DNA from: Octopus bimaculoides
Taxonomy: Eukaryota
NCBI RefSeq assembly: GCF_001194135.2
Contig: NC_068990.1
Span: forward strand, 64,455,454 to 64,519,453
Reading direction: 5' to 3'
Length of the DNA stretch: 64,000 bases
Position 1 is the first letter of the stretch, and each line of letters starts with the position of its first letter. The position numbers were made by a program, and so were the translations under genes. Shown here one piece after another: positions 36,930 through 50,537 of this stretch. The notes beneath the pieces were generated by a model. It had not been told where the DNA came from. It saw only the letters and a program-made list of their open reading frames with translations, and searched no databases.

Positions 36930-39185
36930 ATCATCATCATCATCATCATTATTTAACATCCATCTTCCATGCAAACTTGGGTAGAACAGTTCACAGAAGC
37001 TGATCGGGAGGGAAAACTACTCTATGCTACTGTGTCTATTTTGGCAGGGTTTTTACAGCTGGATGCCCTTCCAAATACCAACTACTTTACAGTGGGGAGT
37101 GGATGCTTTTTATGTGGCACCATCACCAAGTAACTCGCAAGACAAGGAATTATGAGAGGAGCAGGGGCATTTGAGGAGGGGAACTTGTGTCAGATGATGA
37201 AAAGTTATTGGGTGACAAAGAGATAGAGAGGCAGAAACAGGTGTCTTGTTATAACGGAGGTGGCATTGGAGGAGGTGATCCAGTATCAAATGATGAAAGG
37301 TTAAAGTGTGACAGAGATAGGAAGGCAGAAATAGGTGTCTTGCTATAGAGGAGGTACATGGTTATCAAGTGAGAGAGAGCAACCAAGAATGAAAGTAGAA
37401 ATAGGTGTGCTGCTGTAAAGGAGATACATGGCTACCCAGTCAGAGGGGAGAGCAAGGCAAAGAGAGAGAGAGAGAGAGAGTAGGAAACAGCAAAAGTGTA
37501 AGAGAGAGCAGGAGAGTGGTGGTGAAGTGCCAGGATATACTCACATGTAGCAAATATTAGAGCATAGATGTGATGGTACAATAAAGAAAAGCAAGATACG
37601 AAGGTCGTAATATACACGGTCAAGTGTTGCCAAGAAGGTGCAAATAGGGTGTGGGGATTGCAGTGACTGACAAAAACCTGGGTCAAGGGCAGGAAAGGGG
37701 ATTGGAAGACAGTCATAGTTTATGAAGAGGAAATGTGAGAAAGATGCTGTTTAGAAGAGAAGATGTAATTTGGTTTCTTGAAGTAGGTGTGTGAAAAGTT
37801 TGTTGTTACATGTGGGTGGGACACAACTCTTCTAGCACTCAGTTTTGCTGACATGGGTGGGTCTTTTCTAGAACCTCATATCATCAAACATCTCGGTCCA
37901 TTGTCATTTCCTTTGTGAGCTCCAGCATTTTGATCAGTCCTCACCACTTCATTCCATGTCTTCCTGGATCTCCCCCTTCTACAGGTACCATCCACTTTCA
38001 GTGATCGGCACTTCTTTATACAGCTGTCTTCACACATACGCATCACATGTCCAAACCAACGCATGCTCTTCTCCTGCATGCCACCTTGAATCCCTCTTAC
38101 ACCTGATTTTTCTCTCAACACAGTTGAGCTTTGTTAGTTTTGCACACTGCTGTTGCAAATCCAACGGAGCATACTACCTTCATTCCTCTCCAGTCTGTGC
38201 ATGTCCTCTGCAGTCCTAGCCCATATCTCACTTCCATGTAATATAGCTGTTCTCACACAGGCATCATACAATCTGCCTTTCACTCTGCAATAAAGTCCTC
38301 TTATGTCCAACAGAGGTAGTAGCTATTTGAACTTCTTCCACCCTATTCCTATTCTTGAAACAATACTTTCAGAGCATCCACCACCTTTATTAATTTGGTC
38401 ACCTAGATAGCAGAAACTTACTGCTACCTCAAGAGAGCCTCTTGGGCATTCGAGAAAGTTTAAGTCCCTCATGCCGTTAGTACTTATTGTTTAAGTGTAT
38501 CTGCCACACATTGAAAGCGGCCCTATCTGTTAACCTACTTATGATTCCACTGCATCTCTTATGCATCCATAGCTTACACTTGGTGCAGCAAATGGAATTG
38601 CATCCCTCTCCTTTCCTACATATTGAGCAGGGCCATTTACCTGATGGAAGGAGGGTTTTATTTGTTTTCTTGCTAACAACTTTAGTCTTTAAATTAACTT
38701 TAAGGCCCTTTGATTTCAGGTTTTGTTTCCAAACCCTGAACTTCTCTTCCAATTCTGCTTCAGATTCTTCAATAAGAGCAAGATCATCAGCATATAGTAG
38801 TTCCCATGGGCATTGAGTTTTGAATTCCTCTGTTATGGCCTGGAGAAGTATGATGAATAAGAGTAGACTAAGAACTGATCCCTGATGAACCCCAACTTGT
38901 ACACTAAATTCATCACTGTATTCAAAGCCGACTCTCACCTTACTGACAGCATCATTGTACATGGCTTGAATGGCTCTAACAAGCTACTGCTCTATTCCTA
39001 GCTTCCTTAGAGACCACCAGATTAGAGAGTGGAGAACCCTGTCAAAAGCTTTCTCCAAGTTAATGAAAGCTAAGTACAATGGTTTACTTTTGGCCAAATA
39101 CTTTTTTTGCAGTTGTCTCACTATGAAGATGGCATCTGTGGTACTTCTTCCTGAAACAATAACCAAACTGCATCTCATGTAGCTT
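36930..39185 (-). mobile_element. RTE LINE, 5'-truncated, with RT domain and a Cys/His (PHD-like) finger
   Basis: GRSTTDAIFIVRQLQKKY...YLAFINLEKAFDRV, VGVHQGSVLSLLLF, LLYADDLAL, then CSIC...CCTKCKLWMHKRC; C-terminus RWFGHVMRM...RGRSRKTW; purine-rich reverse 3'UTR and an (ATC)n tail. Confidence 0.92.
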
Positions 39186-39465
39186 AATTCTACCCCTAAT
39201 CAGTTGAGATATAATTCTCTCTGTAATTTTCATGACTGGCTTGATACCTTTGTAGTTACCTCTGTAACAGCTTGATACCTATATAGTTATTTCTATCTAA
39301 AGCATCACCTTTGCCCTTGTAGCAGCTAACTATAATACTACACAGATGCTGTGTGATACATGTTTACTGCATAAAGGCTATGTTATGTAATGTATATGCT
39401 ACATAAGGATTCTGATATGTAATGTATACACTGTGTAAGGTCCGTGGGATCTAATGTATACACTA

Positions 39466-39592
39466 CAGGGTGTCCTCAAAGTCTGGGTACGTGGAGTAAA
39501 TAAAATCATGACATAAACAATTAAATATAAGAAATAATAATTTCTTAAAGTATGTGTTAATCTCCATGTACCCAGACTTTGTGGACACCCTG
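39466..39592. mobile_element. Tc1-derived MITE (127 bp) with TA TSD
   Basis: TA|CAGGGTGTCCTCAAAGTCTGGGTACGTGGAG ... CTCCATGTACCCAGACTTTGTGGACACCCTG|TA; TIRs of about 31 bp with 2 mismatches. Confidence 0.9.
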
Positions 39593-40439
39593 TACATAAA
39601 GACTGAGGTATGTAGTATATACTTTAAAGCACAAGCATGCAGTATATACTTTATGGTACAGGATAAGGACCTTGTGCTATAAAGTATGTGCTGCATAAGT
39701 ATTGGTTGACAGTTAGAGTATATTGCATGCAGTAATCTGCAGCAAGTTACAGAATGTGAGCTACATATTGCAAGACTGTGTGAAATGCAACCATTTGACA
39801 GGCATAAGTCATAATGCAACAGCTGTGTGACATGTGTAAAGTAAGATGTCAAGTTATTGATAAAACGTCATCTGGTTTGTTTATTTGATATTTACTTTTC
39901 TATGGAGGCAGAAAATTGACAGAATTGTGTTAAAGTGTTTGGATAGAATGCTTTGTTGTATATGTCTTGATGCACTATACTCTCAGTTCAAATCCCACCA
40001 AGACTGACTTTGTTTTTCAACTTTGCAGGGATGGTAAAAAGTACCAATCTAGATGAGGTGGGGGTGGATTGTTGGAACTGTTTGAGCCTTGAATGAGATG
40101 TTTTGTCTTATTTGTTTCAGCACTTACCATTGTGACAGCAACACCCACAACGACACTGGAGCCATACCATACTGACTCTGGAGTGGCATGCATGCATGTG
40201 CACATACACATACGCACATACACAACTGTAGGTAGATATACTAATGGTTAACTCTTACTGACACAGATCCCTATACTCTTTTCTCTATTAACATAAAAAA
40301 TGGGGCTTCTTTCATAACTGCATATTTGTTTATGAATCTTTGAAACTATGTACCTTTAAAATTAATTTATTGTTGTTCATTTAGACTCAGGTCATCTAAT
40401 TGAAAATACCTAAGAGTTATGTGTTGTTCTTGTAATTTA

Positions 40440-40832
40440 TAGTTTGTGTGTAAGAAGTTTACTTCCCAGCCACATGGTTCCAGGTTCAATCCTACAGTGT
40501 AGCACCTTGGGCAAGTGTCTTCTACTATAACCTTGGACCGACCAAAGCCTTGAGAGTGGATTTGGTCAATGAGAACAGAAAGAAGCCCATCATGTGTGTG
40601 TGTGTGTGTGTATTTGTCTGTTTGTCTGTGTTTGTTCCCCACCACCACTTGTCAGTGGGTGTTGATGTGATTATGTCCCTGTAATTTAGCAGTTTGGCAT
40701 AAGAGGCTGATAGAATGTGTACCAGGCTTTAAAAAAAAGTACCCGGTTCAGTTCATTTAACTAAAATTCTAAAAGGTGGTGCCCCAGCATGGCCAAATTT
40801 TAATGACTGAAATAAATAAAAGATAAAAGATA
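40440..40832 (+). mobile_element. SINE family A
   Basis: ccacatggttccaggttcaatcc...ccttgggcaagtgtcttctactata...; tail aaaagataaaagata. Confidence 0.8.
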
Positions 40833-41934
40833 CTTTAAACTAAGGAGGATGGACAATATACCTCAAGTATATGAGTTCAAAGTCTTACTAAAAGTATCGT
40901 GCTCCTAAGCAAAACTTCCTCTGATTTGGTTCACTGAAAATTATATGCGATTTATTATGATGTGGATGGCCTTTGTTATAGCTTATCTCACCAGGTCACA
41001 TAACTGGTTGATAACTAATAGTTTGAATGTTTTGTTTAACAATGCACATTAGAAAGAAATTATTTGGTTGTTTGAGTGCAAAAGTGACTTGAGGTATGTG
41101 TGCGCATGCATACTGGACTGACATGGTCACTGTTTTGGTAAATTATAACCTCTTGTCACCTCCTTATCATTCTCATGGTTTTGTACTCTTCTTCTTTTCA
41201 TGTCAAGTCTATTGTACTCATGCCTTTACTCTTATCTAAAGTAAATACTACAGATATATAAATGTGGGTTTTGTTATTTATGGTATAAATACAGAGCTAT
41301 CTTTTATCTTCTGATATTTTCATATCTCTAAACTGACAATACTGTCATGACATGAGAACATTTCACAGGAATACCTTCTGCATAATAAATATATAGTTAA
41401 GCATATTTTCATGTAACATACTGAATCAACAAATGCTTAAACTCTTAATAGTACAGCTACCTTTCTAACTAATGAAGAGAGAAATCCTTGGTTTCTTGCC
41501 AAGAAAGGCTAGGAAGACAATTCAGAAATTCAAAGTAACTGAAAATTGAATGGGGGAGCATAAAGTGGGGAGTAAATCTGCCCCTTGCATTGCTCCATTA
41601 GCCCAGGTAGCAATGTTCAATGGTATTCCAGCTGTGACTATGCTATGTTCAGAAACAAATGTATCTAGAACAACATTTGTCATTTGAATAAGATTTAGCT
41701 GTTATTTTTAGCATATTGAGCAAGTTAACTACTCAGTGTCTCGATCATTCTAAGATCTAAGTATGTGTGAGACTATGCTTCACTAAGGAGCTCTTGCCAA
41801 AAGATTAGATTTACTCCCTATTACATACCCATTCTTCATTAAATTTGGAACATTTGGAATTTCAGTTATTTTCATTGTCTTTCTCGACAAGAAGTTAATG
41901 AGTTTTCTCTTAAGTTGGTAGGTAGGAGAAATAT

Positions 41935-42140
41935 TCATTTCAAACTTTGACACAAGGTCAGCAATTTTGGGGCAAGGGGTAAGTTAATTACAGTGACCCC
42001 TGTGCTCAACTGGTACTTATTTTATCAACCCCAAAAAGGATGAAAGGCAAAGTTAATCTCAGCGGAATTTGAATTCAGAACATAAAAATGGTTGAAATGC
42101 CACTAAGCATTTTTCCCAGCATGCTAATGATTCTGCCTAG
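41935..42140 (-). mobile_element. SINE family B
   Basis: Same core as the 901-1960 copies (ctggtacttattttatcaaccccaaaaaggatgaaaggcaaag). Further copies at about 9715-9920, 54470-54660, 56960-57165 (+) and 61400-61580. Confidence 0.8.
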
Positions 42141-42471
42141 TGCATGAAATATTAACAGTTAAAACGTGCTTTGGCTCACTACATTACATTAGCCCACACT
42201 TGATTATATATTATTTATCCAGAAGGAATTCCAGTGATATCATCCCATGTCATGATGAGTACTGGAGTATTGTAGTTTAGAGAGATGAAAATCTCAAACA
42301 ATAAAAACAGCTTGTTTTCTGTACCATAAATAACAAAATCCATATTAAACAAATACATTGATGATGTGTTTCTTTTTAAAAAGAATAATAATGACATAGA
42401 AGAGAACAAAACCATGACAATGATATAAGATGATGAAGAAAGGTTATAATTTACCAAAACATTGGCTATAG

Positions 42472-42506
<35 letters not shown>

Positions 42507-43369
42507 ACTCATTCACTTTTGCACTGAAGTAAACTACTGATTTCTTTCTAATGTGCATTACCAAAAACAATATACAGACTACTTAAAAGGTTATCAACCA
42601 GTTGTATGGTTTGGTTAGAAAGATTATGACAAAAGGCCACATTGTAACAAATGCAAATGGCATCTAATTTTCAGCACTTTGACTTGGAATCCCTGAAAAG
42701 TATCATCCATAATTAGGAGCATTTATTACACACACACACACAACAATGTGTCTCACTTATACTCTCACATAGACTTGTAAAAATGCTAGTAGAGTTTATG
42801 TAAGAATATATCAGGTTTTATGACTAATTTCAGACTTCCTATATAGTAGGTATGTCAAATCCATCGCTAAAAATTCAGTCAAACTAAAAATAGGTTGGCT
42901 TCTCTTAGGCTATTTACAAATGTCTGCTAACAGACAGCACTATTTAAAGTGTTGTTTTGAATATTTTTCTTCATTTTCATTTTTTTTTTTCACTCATGAA
43001 GCTTGCTGCAGCTAAATACTTCTGACACAGTTTGTTTACTAAAGAAGACATAGAATGTCTACAACTGATGTGAAATTACAAATTTTTGGAGATTCTGATG
43101 AAGCTCAACAAAAATATGTTCAAATGTTTCTAAAGAATGACTTGAAGTCAATTGGTGGAGAAAAATTTCAAGAGGAAAGTAATATATGTGTGTCTCAAAT
43201 GAAGGAGTATGCTTCTCGATCAGCTAATGATAATGGTGATACAGTTATTATGTGGTAGTTTACCAGATCTATATCATATTCTCAATTTTTGGGTGTTTCT
43301 GTTCAGTAGATTTAGTCACTATGTTTCTTTTTCAGATGTTTGTTTTCATCTGTTCCCTATGTGAATGAA

Positions 43370-44234
43370 GTTCAGATTTGATAACATTCCCACAAGAAAC
43401 AAGTTTTTAGTTTGGTAGTATAAAATGGAGCTGAAGAATATTTTTGAGGTGTTTTGAACTGACACTTGGTTATCAAAGACTTTCATTTGCCAGAGGTTAT
43501 TAGGGGAGGAGAAAAATGTGGAAATGTGGTAGTTGGTCAGAGACAGGTGTGGAGAGTAATATTGTGGAGGTAGATTCGCAGCCTCGTTTGTACAGTTTCT
43601 GGAGAGTTATCTGTCAGCCATGGTCAGATATCGTCATGGAAAAAAATTGATCTGTCTCGATTTAATAATGCTGGATGTAAATATTGCTTTCTTTGTGCAT
43701 TTTATTGGTTTCCTGGTATTGTTTTTGCTGTGATGGTTTTTGTCAGAGTTCAAGAAATGCTAAACAATGATTGCACATGCAAACCACCAAACAGTAACCA
43801 TAGACTTTATTTGATGGAACATCAGACTGGAAAAGTGTTTTGGTACTTCACCTCAGTCCATTTATTGCATGAAATACCATTGATTGTTGCACAGAATCTA
43901 TTTTTCACTACATGTCACATTGTAACATGTTATTGTTATTCAAAAGAAGTGCAGACGAAATAGTTGCAGTTTTCTCCTCCCCATTTGTTGAATGGCAATG
44001 TTGAGTTGCTTTACATGAGTCTTCAGTAGTGGCCTTCAGTTGGCTGTTTATAACTGCAGCTGGTTGCCTGTGACATTCCTCATCACCAAGGTTCTTATCT
44101 CCATTACATAATTTTAGGAACCTATGTTAAACTGTTTGTGATGGCCCCCTTGGCTAAATGTTTGACTAGTACTGTGAGCAGTTTCTACTACTTGGCATTC
44201 CATTTTGAATTTATGTACAATAGAATTGCTTGAA

Positions 44235-44292
<58 letters not shown>

Positions 44293-44470
44293 ATTTTTAA
44301 TTTCAACAGCTTAAAATATACCAGAGGAAACAGATAATGCAAAACCATTAGAATAGAATAAAATAGGCACTTCAAAATAATATATTACTTGAACATAGGC
44401 AAATAAAAATTTATTCTAAAATAAGCATCAATGTTTAACAAAAAGCACAATTATTTTTACACCAACTTTA
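43370..44470 (-). mobile_element. Decayed mariner (HSMAR1/cecropia-like TIR)
   Basis: TIR-like aagcacaattatttttacaccaacttta at about 44443-44470 resembles the reverse complement of TTAGGTTGGTGCAAAAGTAATTG. Minus-strand remnants of the HTH and catalytic (F.HDD..P) regions. A poly(T) run of about 68 nt lies at the ORF start. Confidence 0.65.
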
Positions 44471-46769
44471 TGACAATGTATGTATATATTTGTGTGTGTG
44501 TGTGTGTGTGTGTGCACATGTACATACATGCGTGCGTCATTGGTTGAATTGTAAGGAAGTTTCCATAATTGGACAGCATCACTTCATTGCACAGAGAGGC
44601 TGTTGGCACTGTGAGCTCGCAAAGAGGGAGAAAATTTTAACAGAAGCCCTGGATGTTTAGATGAGTCGTGATTTTTCTTAGAAACAATGTTTAAGCCTTG
44701 TATGATAATTATACTTTAAACAGTTTTTTTAAATGTCTTTCTTGGTGTTATGTCACTGAGCAGGAAAAGTGACTGCTGTGGCAAGGTCCAATATAATTTT
44801 ATTACAGAAGTTCTTATCTTCTTTAGTAAGGTCCATAAAACAATTACCATAAGATGTACTGGCCCTTGCAGCACCTACGATGAGGCATATACTGATGGAA
44901 AGCTATAAGAAAATATAGATAAGAAACTACTGTACAAAATCTGCTTTTGGTTAATCAAAATAATCTGCAATTTCTTTTCAAAGCATAAGATATGAGTTTG
45001 TAAAACCATTCCATGAAAGAGGATACTGAGCTACGAAAGGTTGAGAGCTGCTGTGCTATACCATAGGGAAGTTGATGTAGATTTGCAGTGAGCCAAAAGG
45101 GGGAGGTTGCTTTGCAGCTTGACCTACTACAAATAACAATCCAACATCCCTCAAATCATACCATACTGCCCAGAGAACAAAAAATAGACTCATTGAATAA
45201 TGTGAATATTTTTTCGTATTTGAAAATATGTTGTATTTGAAAATAAGATGCAATGGTCACATTTTGACCAGCTTTTGGTCAAAATGGTCAGAGGAGGCCT
45301 GTGGTTTAATGTGCTAAAGCATACTGAGATATTAATGAGGGTTGTGATGGAAAAGAATTAATGTTCTAACATCTGGTCAGTAACCACATTATATAGCCTC
45401 AGGGTTAAAAAAAAAGAAGAAATTTGTATGTGTGTGTGTGTATATATTGTATATGTGTTTGTAGGACATTGTTTGCTTATATGTACATATGTGTTTCTTA
45501 ATAATCTCTACATTCTCATGCGTTATTAATGCACTAACAGTGAGAAGCAACTAGGTGTAAAAAAAAAAATGTACTATTTGCTTGATAATATTGATGTAAT
45601 GTCTTTTTGTCTTTTTGTCTTCTTTTTACAAAGCTCCACACACATACATACTTAGGTAACCACAAAGTCTTATATTTATAGTGAGGGAAATAAAAAGTTG
45701 TAAAGCTGCCCCCCCCCCCCNNNNNNNNNNNNNNNNNNNNNNNNNNNNNNNNNNNNNNNNNNNNNNNNNNNNNNNNNNNNNNNNNNNNNNNNNNNNNNNN
45801 NNNNNNNNNNNNNNNNNNNNNNNNNNNCCCCCCCATACACACACACACACACACACACATACAAATTCACTTGTACTATGTACTGTAATGTCAAAAAACA
45901 TTGAAGGTTCACTATAACATATAGCAAATGATGAATTAATTCTGCATCTGAAAACTTATTTACTCATGCTGTAACAAAATTTAGGAATTACTAGTGTGTA
46001 TAGAACAATTGAAAGAATACGATTTTTAGTTCAGTTTTTCAAGTTTTTTTTTTCTTGTATTTCGTTGATGTTTTTGTTGCTGTTAAGCTCATAACATTGT
46101 AATTGTCTGAGATAGAAGAAGCCAAAGACTGACAGTTGTTTACAAGTTGCAACAAGAGGACATGATTCTCAGCCTTTGTTGACCAGAAAGAAATACTGAA
46201 TACATTTTCATATAATATCTAGTAAACTTTGAGAAATGTTTTCCACTGGGTGCATTATTTCATTTTGCTGTGTTTTTCTTTTTCTACTTCATGGAATTTG
46301 GAAATGTGTGTCATATGAACTTTGGTTTCTTCTAGTAACACACACAGAATCAATCATTTAAAAATGTGCCTTATTCCTCCAGATAAATTAATAGTTCTGG
46401 TGGAAAGCAACAAAAGTTAAGAAGACTCTGTAGTAAGAGAGAGAGTAGATGGGGCTGAATGGTTTTTTCAGTGAAGACTAGTTTGTGTATTAAGTGGTAA
46501 CAAATAATTATGTAAATAGGGAGTAAAAGATGTAGAACTTGATATGCAGCAGTGTTTTATACAACTAGGTATAAAATCACAGTTTGTATCATTATCTCTG
46601 TGCCAACAGACAACTTTGAGGTAAAATTTACACATCCGTGTGTGTTTTTTCTTTCTTCTATTTCTGGTTTCTTCATTATTAGAGGTCTTTCTTGTCCTGG
46701 TGTTTGTTTTTATTTTTATTTTGAAGTTTTCTTTAGTTGTTCTTGGGTGTTTCGCTTTTGTTTTTCTTT

Positions 46770-48062
46770 CTTCTTGTCAGTTGAAAAGTACATAGGCTGT
46801 CCAAGACATTCATGGAATGTGACCAAATGAGGTTTAGTTTTCAGCATAGCCCCCCCCCCCTCTGCAGTTCACACACTTCTTACATCAGTGTTGCAGTGCT
46901 TGGATCCCATTGGTGAAGAAGCTTTCATCTTGTTGGTCAAAAAAGTCATCATCAGCATATATGACATCATTATCATTGCAATATTGCTTCTCAACCAAGT
47001 TTTTTTTTTTTTCATGTTGTAGAACAGATGATAGTCAGGTGGGACCAAATCATGAGAATAGGGAGGTTAAGCAACCAGTTCAAAGCCACAGTCACACACA
47101 CCAGTCATTGAAACCAAAAGCTTCTGTGCTGGATCATTGTCCTCATGAAACAAGACCCCTTTCATCAGTTTTCCTGGGCACTTGGTCTTAATAGCCTTTG
47201 TAAGTGCCTCAGCAAGTTGGCATAGTACTCTCCATTGATGGTGTGGCCCTTTTGAAAATAGTCAATAAACACAAAGCCTTTTACATTCCAGAAAACTGAG
47301 GCTGTCACCTTCCCTGCAGATGAAACAACCCTGGCCTTCTTTGGAGCAGGTGAAGAGGGGTGTTTCTACTGCATTGATTGTCTCTTTGTCTTTGCATCTG
47401 GCTCAAAGTGATGAATCCAACACACATCCTAGGTTAGGAAGCCAGCTATATCTGCCTCAGACAATGTCAGATTCTGTTGTGATGTGAGCAGCCTTGTGCA
47501 CTTTTGATCAGCTGTCAGACAACATGACACCCACCAAGCAAAAGAAACCTTCATCATGCCAAAATTGCTGTGCAGAATATTCTTAACTTTCTCACAGGTT
47601 ATGCTAATAGTATTGGCTATTTGATTAATAGTCTGTCAGCCATCATATGGTGAACATGGTCAGTGGTTTCCTCAGCGGTGACAGTTGCATGACATCCTGA
47701 CCTTGGGTCATCTTCAAGAGTCTCCCTTCCCCTCCTAAATTCAATTGCCCACTTTTACATTGTTGATAAAGTTGGAACATCATCCCCTAATGTAGCAACC
47801 ATGTTAGCATGAATGTCCTAGGGGCTAAACCTTTTTACTGCAGGTATTCAAGAACATGACATTCGCAAATTTTGTCCATTTTCAAGAGAAATTGCTACTA
47901 GTTACTTTTGAAGTGTTCTTTGAGCAGTTAGATGACAATTTATTTCAAAAGGAACAATGCAGTTATTAACAAGAAGAGCTGAAATTAATGCATGCAAGAT
48001 TTCACAGCTCTAGCATTACTACTTCATAGTCGGTCTATGAACTTTTCAGCACACCCTCGTGT
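46770..48062 (-). mobile_element. Decayed full-length mariner (about 1.3 kb)
   Basis: TIR gaacttttcagcacaccctcgt at about 48040-48061 and a degenerate partner gtcagttgaaaagtacataggctg at about 46776-46799. Minus-strand transposase remnants KGHTINGEYYANLL, PPYSHDLVPPDYHLF and DDFFDQQDESFFTNGIQALQHR. Confidence 0.8.
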
Positions 48063-50537
48063 GTGTTTGTGTGTGTGTGTGCATGCATGAGTGCAGTGTA
48101 GGTGCATACCACATCCCCATGCTTTCTCGCGTACCCTAGCCCCACACCCTGAGCCTCACCTGTATTTTGTTCCATCATTTGCTTCAAATGCCTCTATCTT
48201 CACCCACCCAATCCAAACCTCTGTATTACCTCGCTTATCCTCACCCCCCACCCACCCCAAGAACATATCCTGACACATCTTCACCACCATCTCTCTCACT
48301 ATTGCTCTCTCTAACTTACTCTCTGACTCACTTGCTCTCTTTATATTACTCTCTAACTCACCCTCTTTTCCTCTTCAATTGGAGTATTCACATATCTACT
48401 CTACAGCAAGACACTTATTCCTGCCCCTCTATACTTTTAATCTCTCATCAACTAGCACAAAGCCACCGCCCCATCAATACTCCTGTCCACTCCCAACTGA
48501 GGGAGTTTTTGTCCTACAAGTTATTTGGCGAGCCTATTGGTGTTGGTGCCATGTAATAAGTACTGGTGCTGGTGTCACATAAAAAGCACCCAGTACATTC
48601 TGTAAAGAGATTGGTGTTAGAAAGGAATTCCAGTCATAGAAAATATGCCAAAACAGACTATAGAGCCCAGTGCAGATGACAGCCTTACCAGCTCCTGCCA
48701 AACTTTCCAACCCATGTCAGCATGGACACAGACATGAATTGATGATGATGTCTTTAGATTATTGAGGCTCAATGAGTTGAAAGAAAATTATTTGTAAAAT
48801 ATGTAAAACTTGCTTTTTAGAGTGATCATCCAAAGGAAGAGGACAAGACTCTTTTTGATACACAAAGTAAAGTTACCATTGTCAGTCAGGATTGCACTGT
48901 AAGAAGAGATTCTATGCAGTTGGTGAGACAGTAGACTATTGGGGTTTTTATTGGTAACAAGATTCTTTGTTGAATATTGACGGATAACCAAGCTATCCAA
49001 GGTGGAGATTACCATTAGACAAGGATTATATCCATGATTTGAGGCCCATGAAACAGCATGTAACATGGTTTTAGAACGAACTCTATCAAAATTGTTTATT
49101 TTTATTTGAATTTAGGGTTATTTGGTATTATCTAGGTATCATATAGGCTGTGTTTTTAAACCTAAACATGGTGTGTATGTGTATACACATGCATATGTAT
49201 GTGTGTGTAGAGAGAGAGAGGGTAGTTTTTAGATCTAAATATAGTGAAAGTTGTGGTCAGTATTGAAATGTAGTGAATAAATGTTTACTCATGCTGTAAA
49301 TTTACAAATAAGAATAGCACATGTAGTGCAGTGAATTTTGATGTAAATCATACAAACATACAATCTCTCTTTCTCTCTCAAAATACTTTGGAAGTACTAT
49401 AGGCTGTGAACTGTATAATATTGACTTGTTCTGTTTGTAAGGTTTTTGCTAAACCATCTGTATAAGGTTTGTAATGTGCCTTGATACAATTACTATCTAA
49501 ATAAACTTTGGGAATATCATTTTTGGCAACTTGATATTTTGTATCTCTTTTGTCCTTCCCTTTCTTGTTTGTATGGCAGTGTTGATGTTTGCCATTGAAT
49601 AGTGCTTTCAGTTTGAAGAAATCTATGTTGTTATCGCAAACAATTGCATCAGAGAGACTATATTCAAAGTCTCTCTCAAGTGTGGGTGTATATTTGTATC
49701 ATTGTGTGAATGATTGTGCAATGTTATTCCTTAATGACAGTTTATTGTTGATTGTTGTGGTAGTTGTTTCCAAGAATAATCCTCGTGGGTGTGCTGCTTG
49801 TTATTACTAAATTTAGTGATAGGCAGCAGTTGTGGAAAATTGCTTTCAACAAAGGTTTATCTGTAAATATCATAGAATCAGCATCACACTAGAAATGGTC
49901 CTATAATATTAGATCACAATAGCTTTTTCACATATATAATCCTTTACTAGATAATTCGATCTGTTCTATCTTTGCCTATAATTTTCTGACTGACTACATT
50001 GAAATGATTGTCTGCTTCAAAAGTATGCAATATATTGTATGAAACCCAACGTTTCTTCAATTATACATCTCAAATTCAATTGGTTGTTTTACAAGACATT
50101 GAAAATAAACTAAGAAAATAAAATAAAAAAAGATTTTTATTATATATGCCAGCATCTGTGTATAAATACATACATTAATTTATATATATATATACACACA
50201 CATATATATAGGATATACTTTTTGTAATGAGATAAAAAACCAAGGCCGTGTATAATATAGAACATTTATAAATCGAATGTCTTACAGCTGTTTCCAGGAT
50301 ATTTATTATATCCCTTCATTGGAGACGGTGTGAGAGGATGATTAAACAATAGTTAGTTTAGTTAAGATAGGAAATATTGAGTGAATGTAGGGATATTGTA
50401 TTTGTAAATCCATTGTTTAGGTAGAATGGTATACATATAAGATTCCAATACCTTGTGAGTAAAATCCAATAGTCTTTAAGATTGGTCATTGCATTTGTAA
50501 ATATATACACACACACACACATATATATGTATATATA

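Noticed and set aside
44242-44310. Poly(T) run of about 68 nt as the tail of a processed pseudogene
   Set aside because: It lies inside a mariner ORF start with no adjacent retrocopy or TSD; an expanded homopolymer is more likely.
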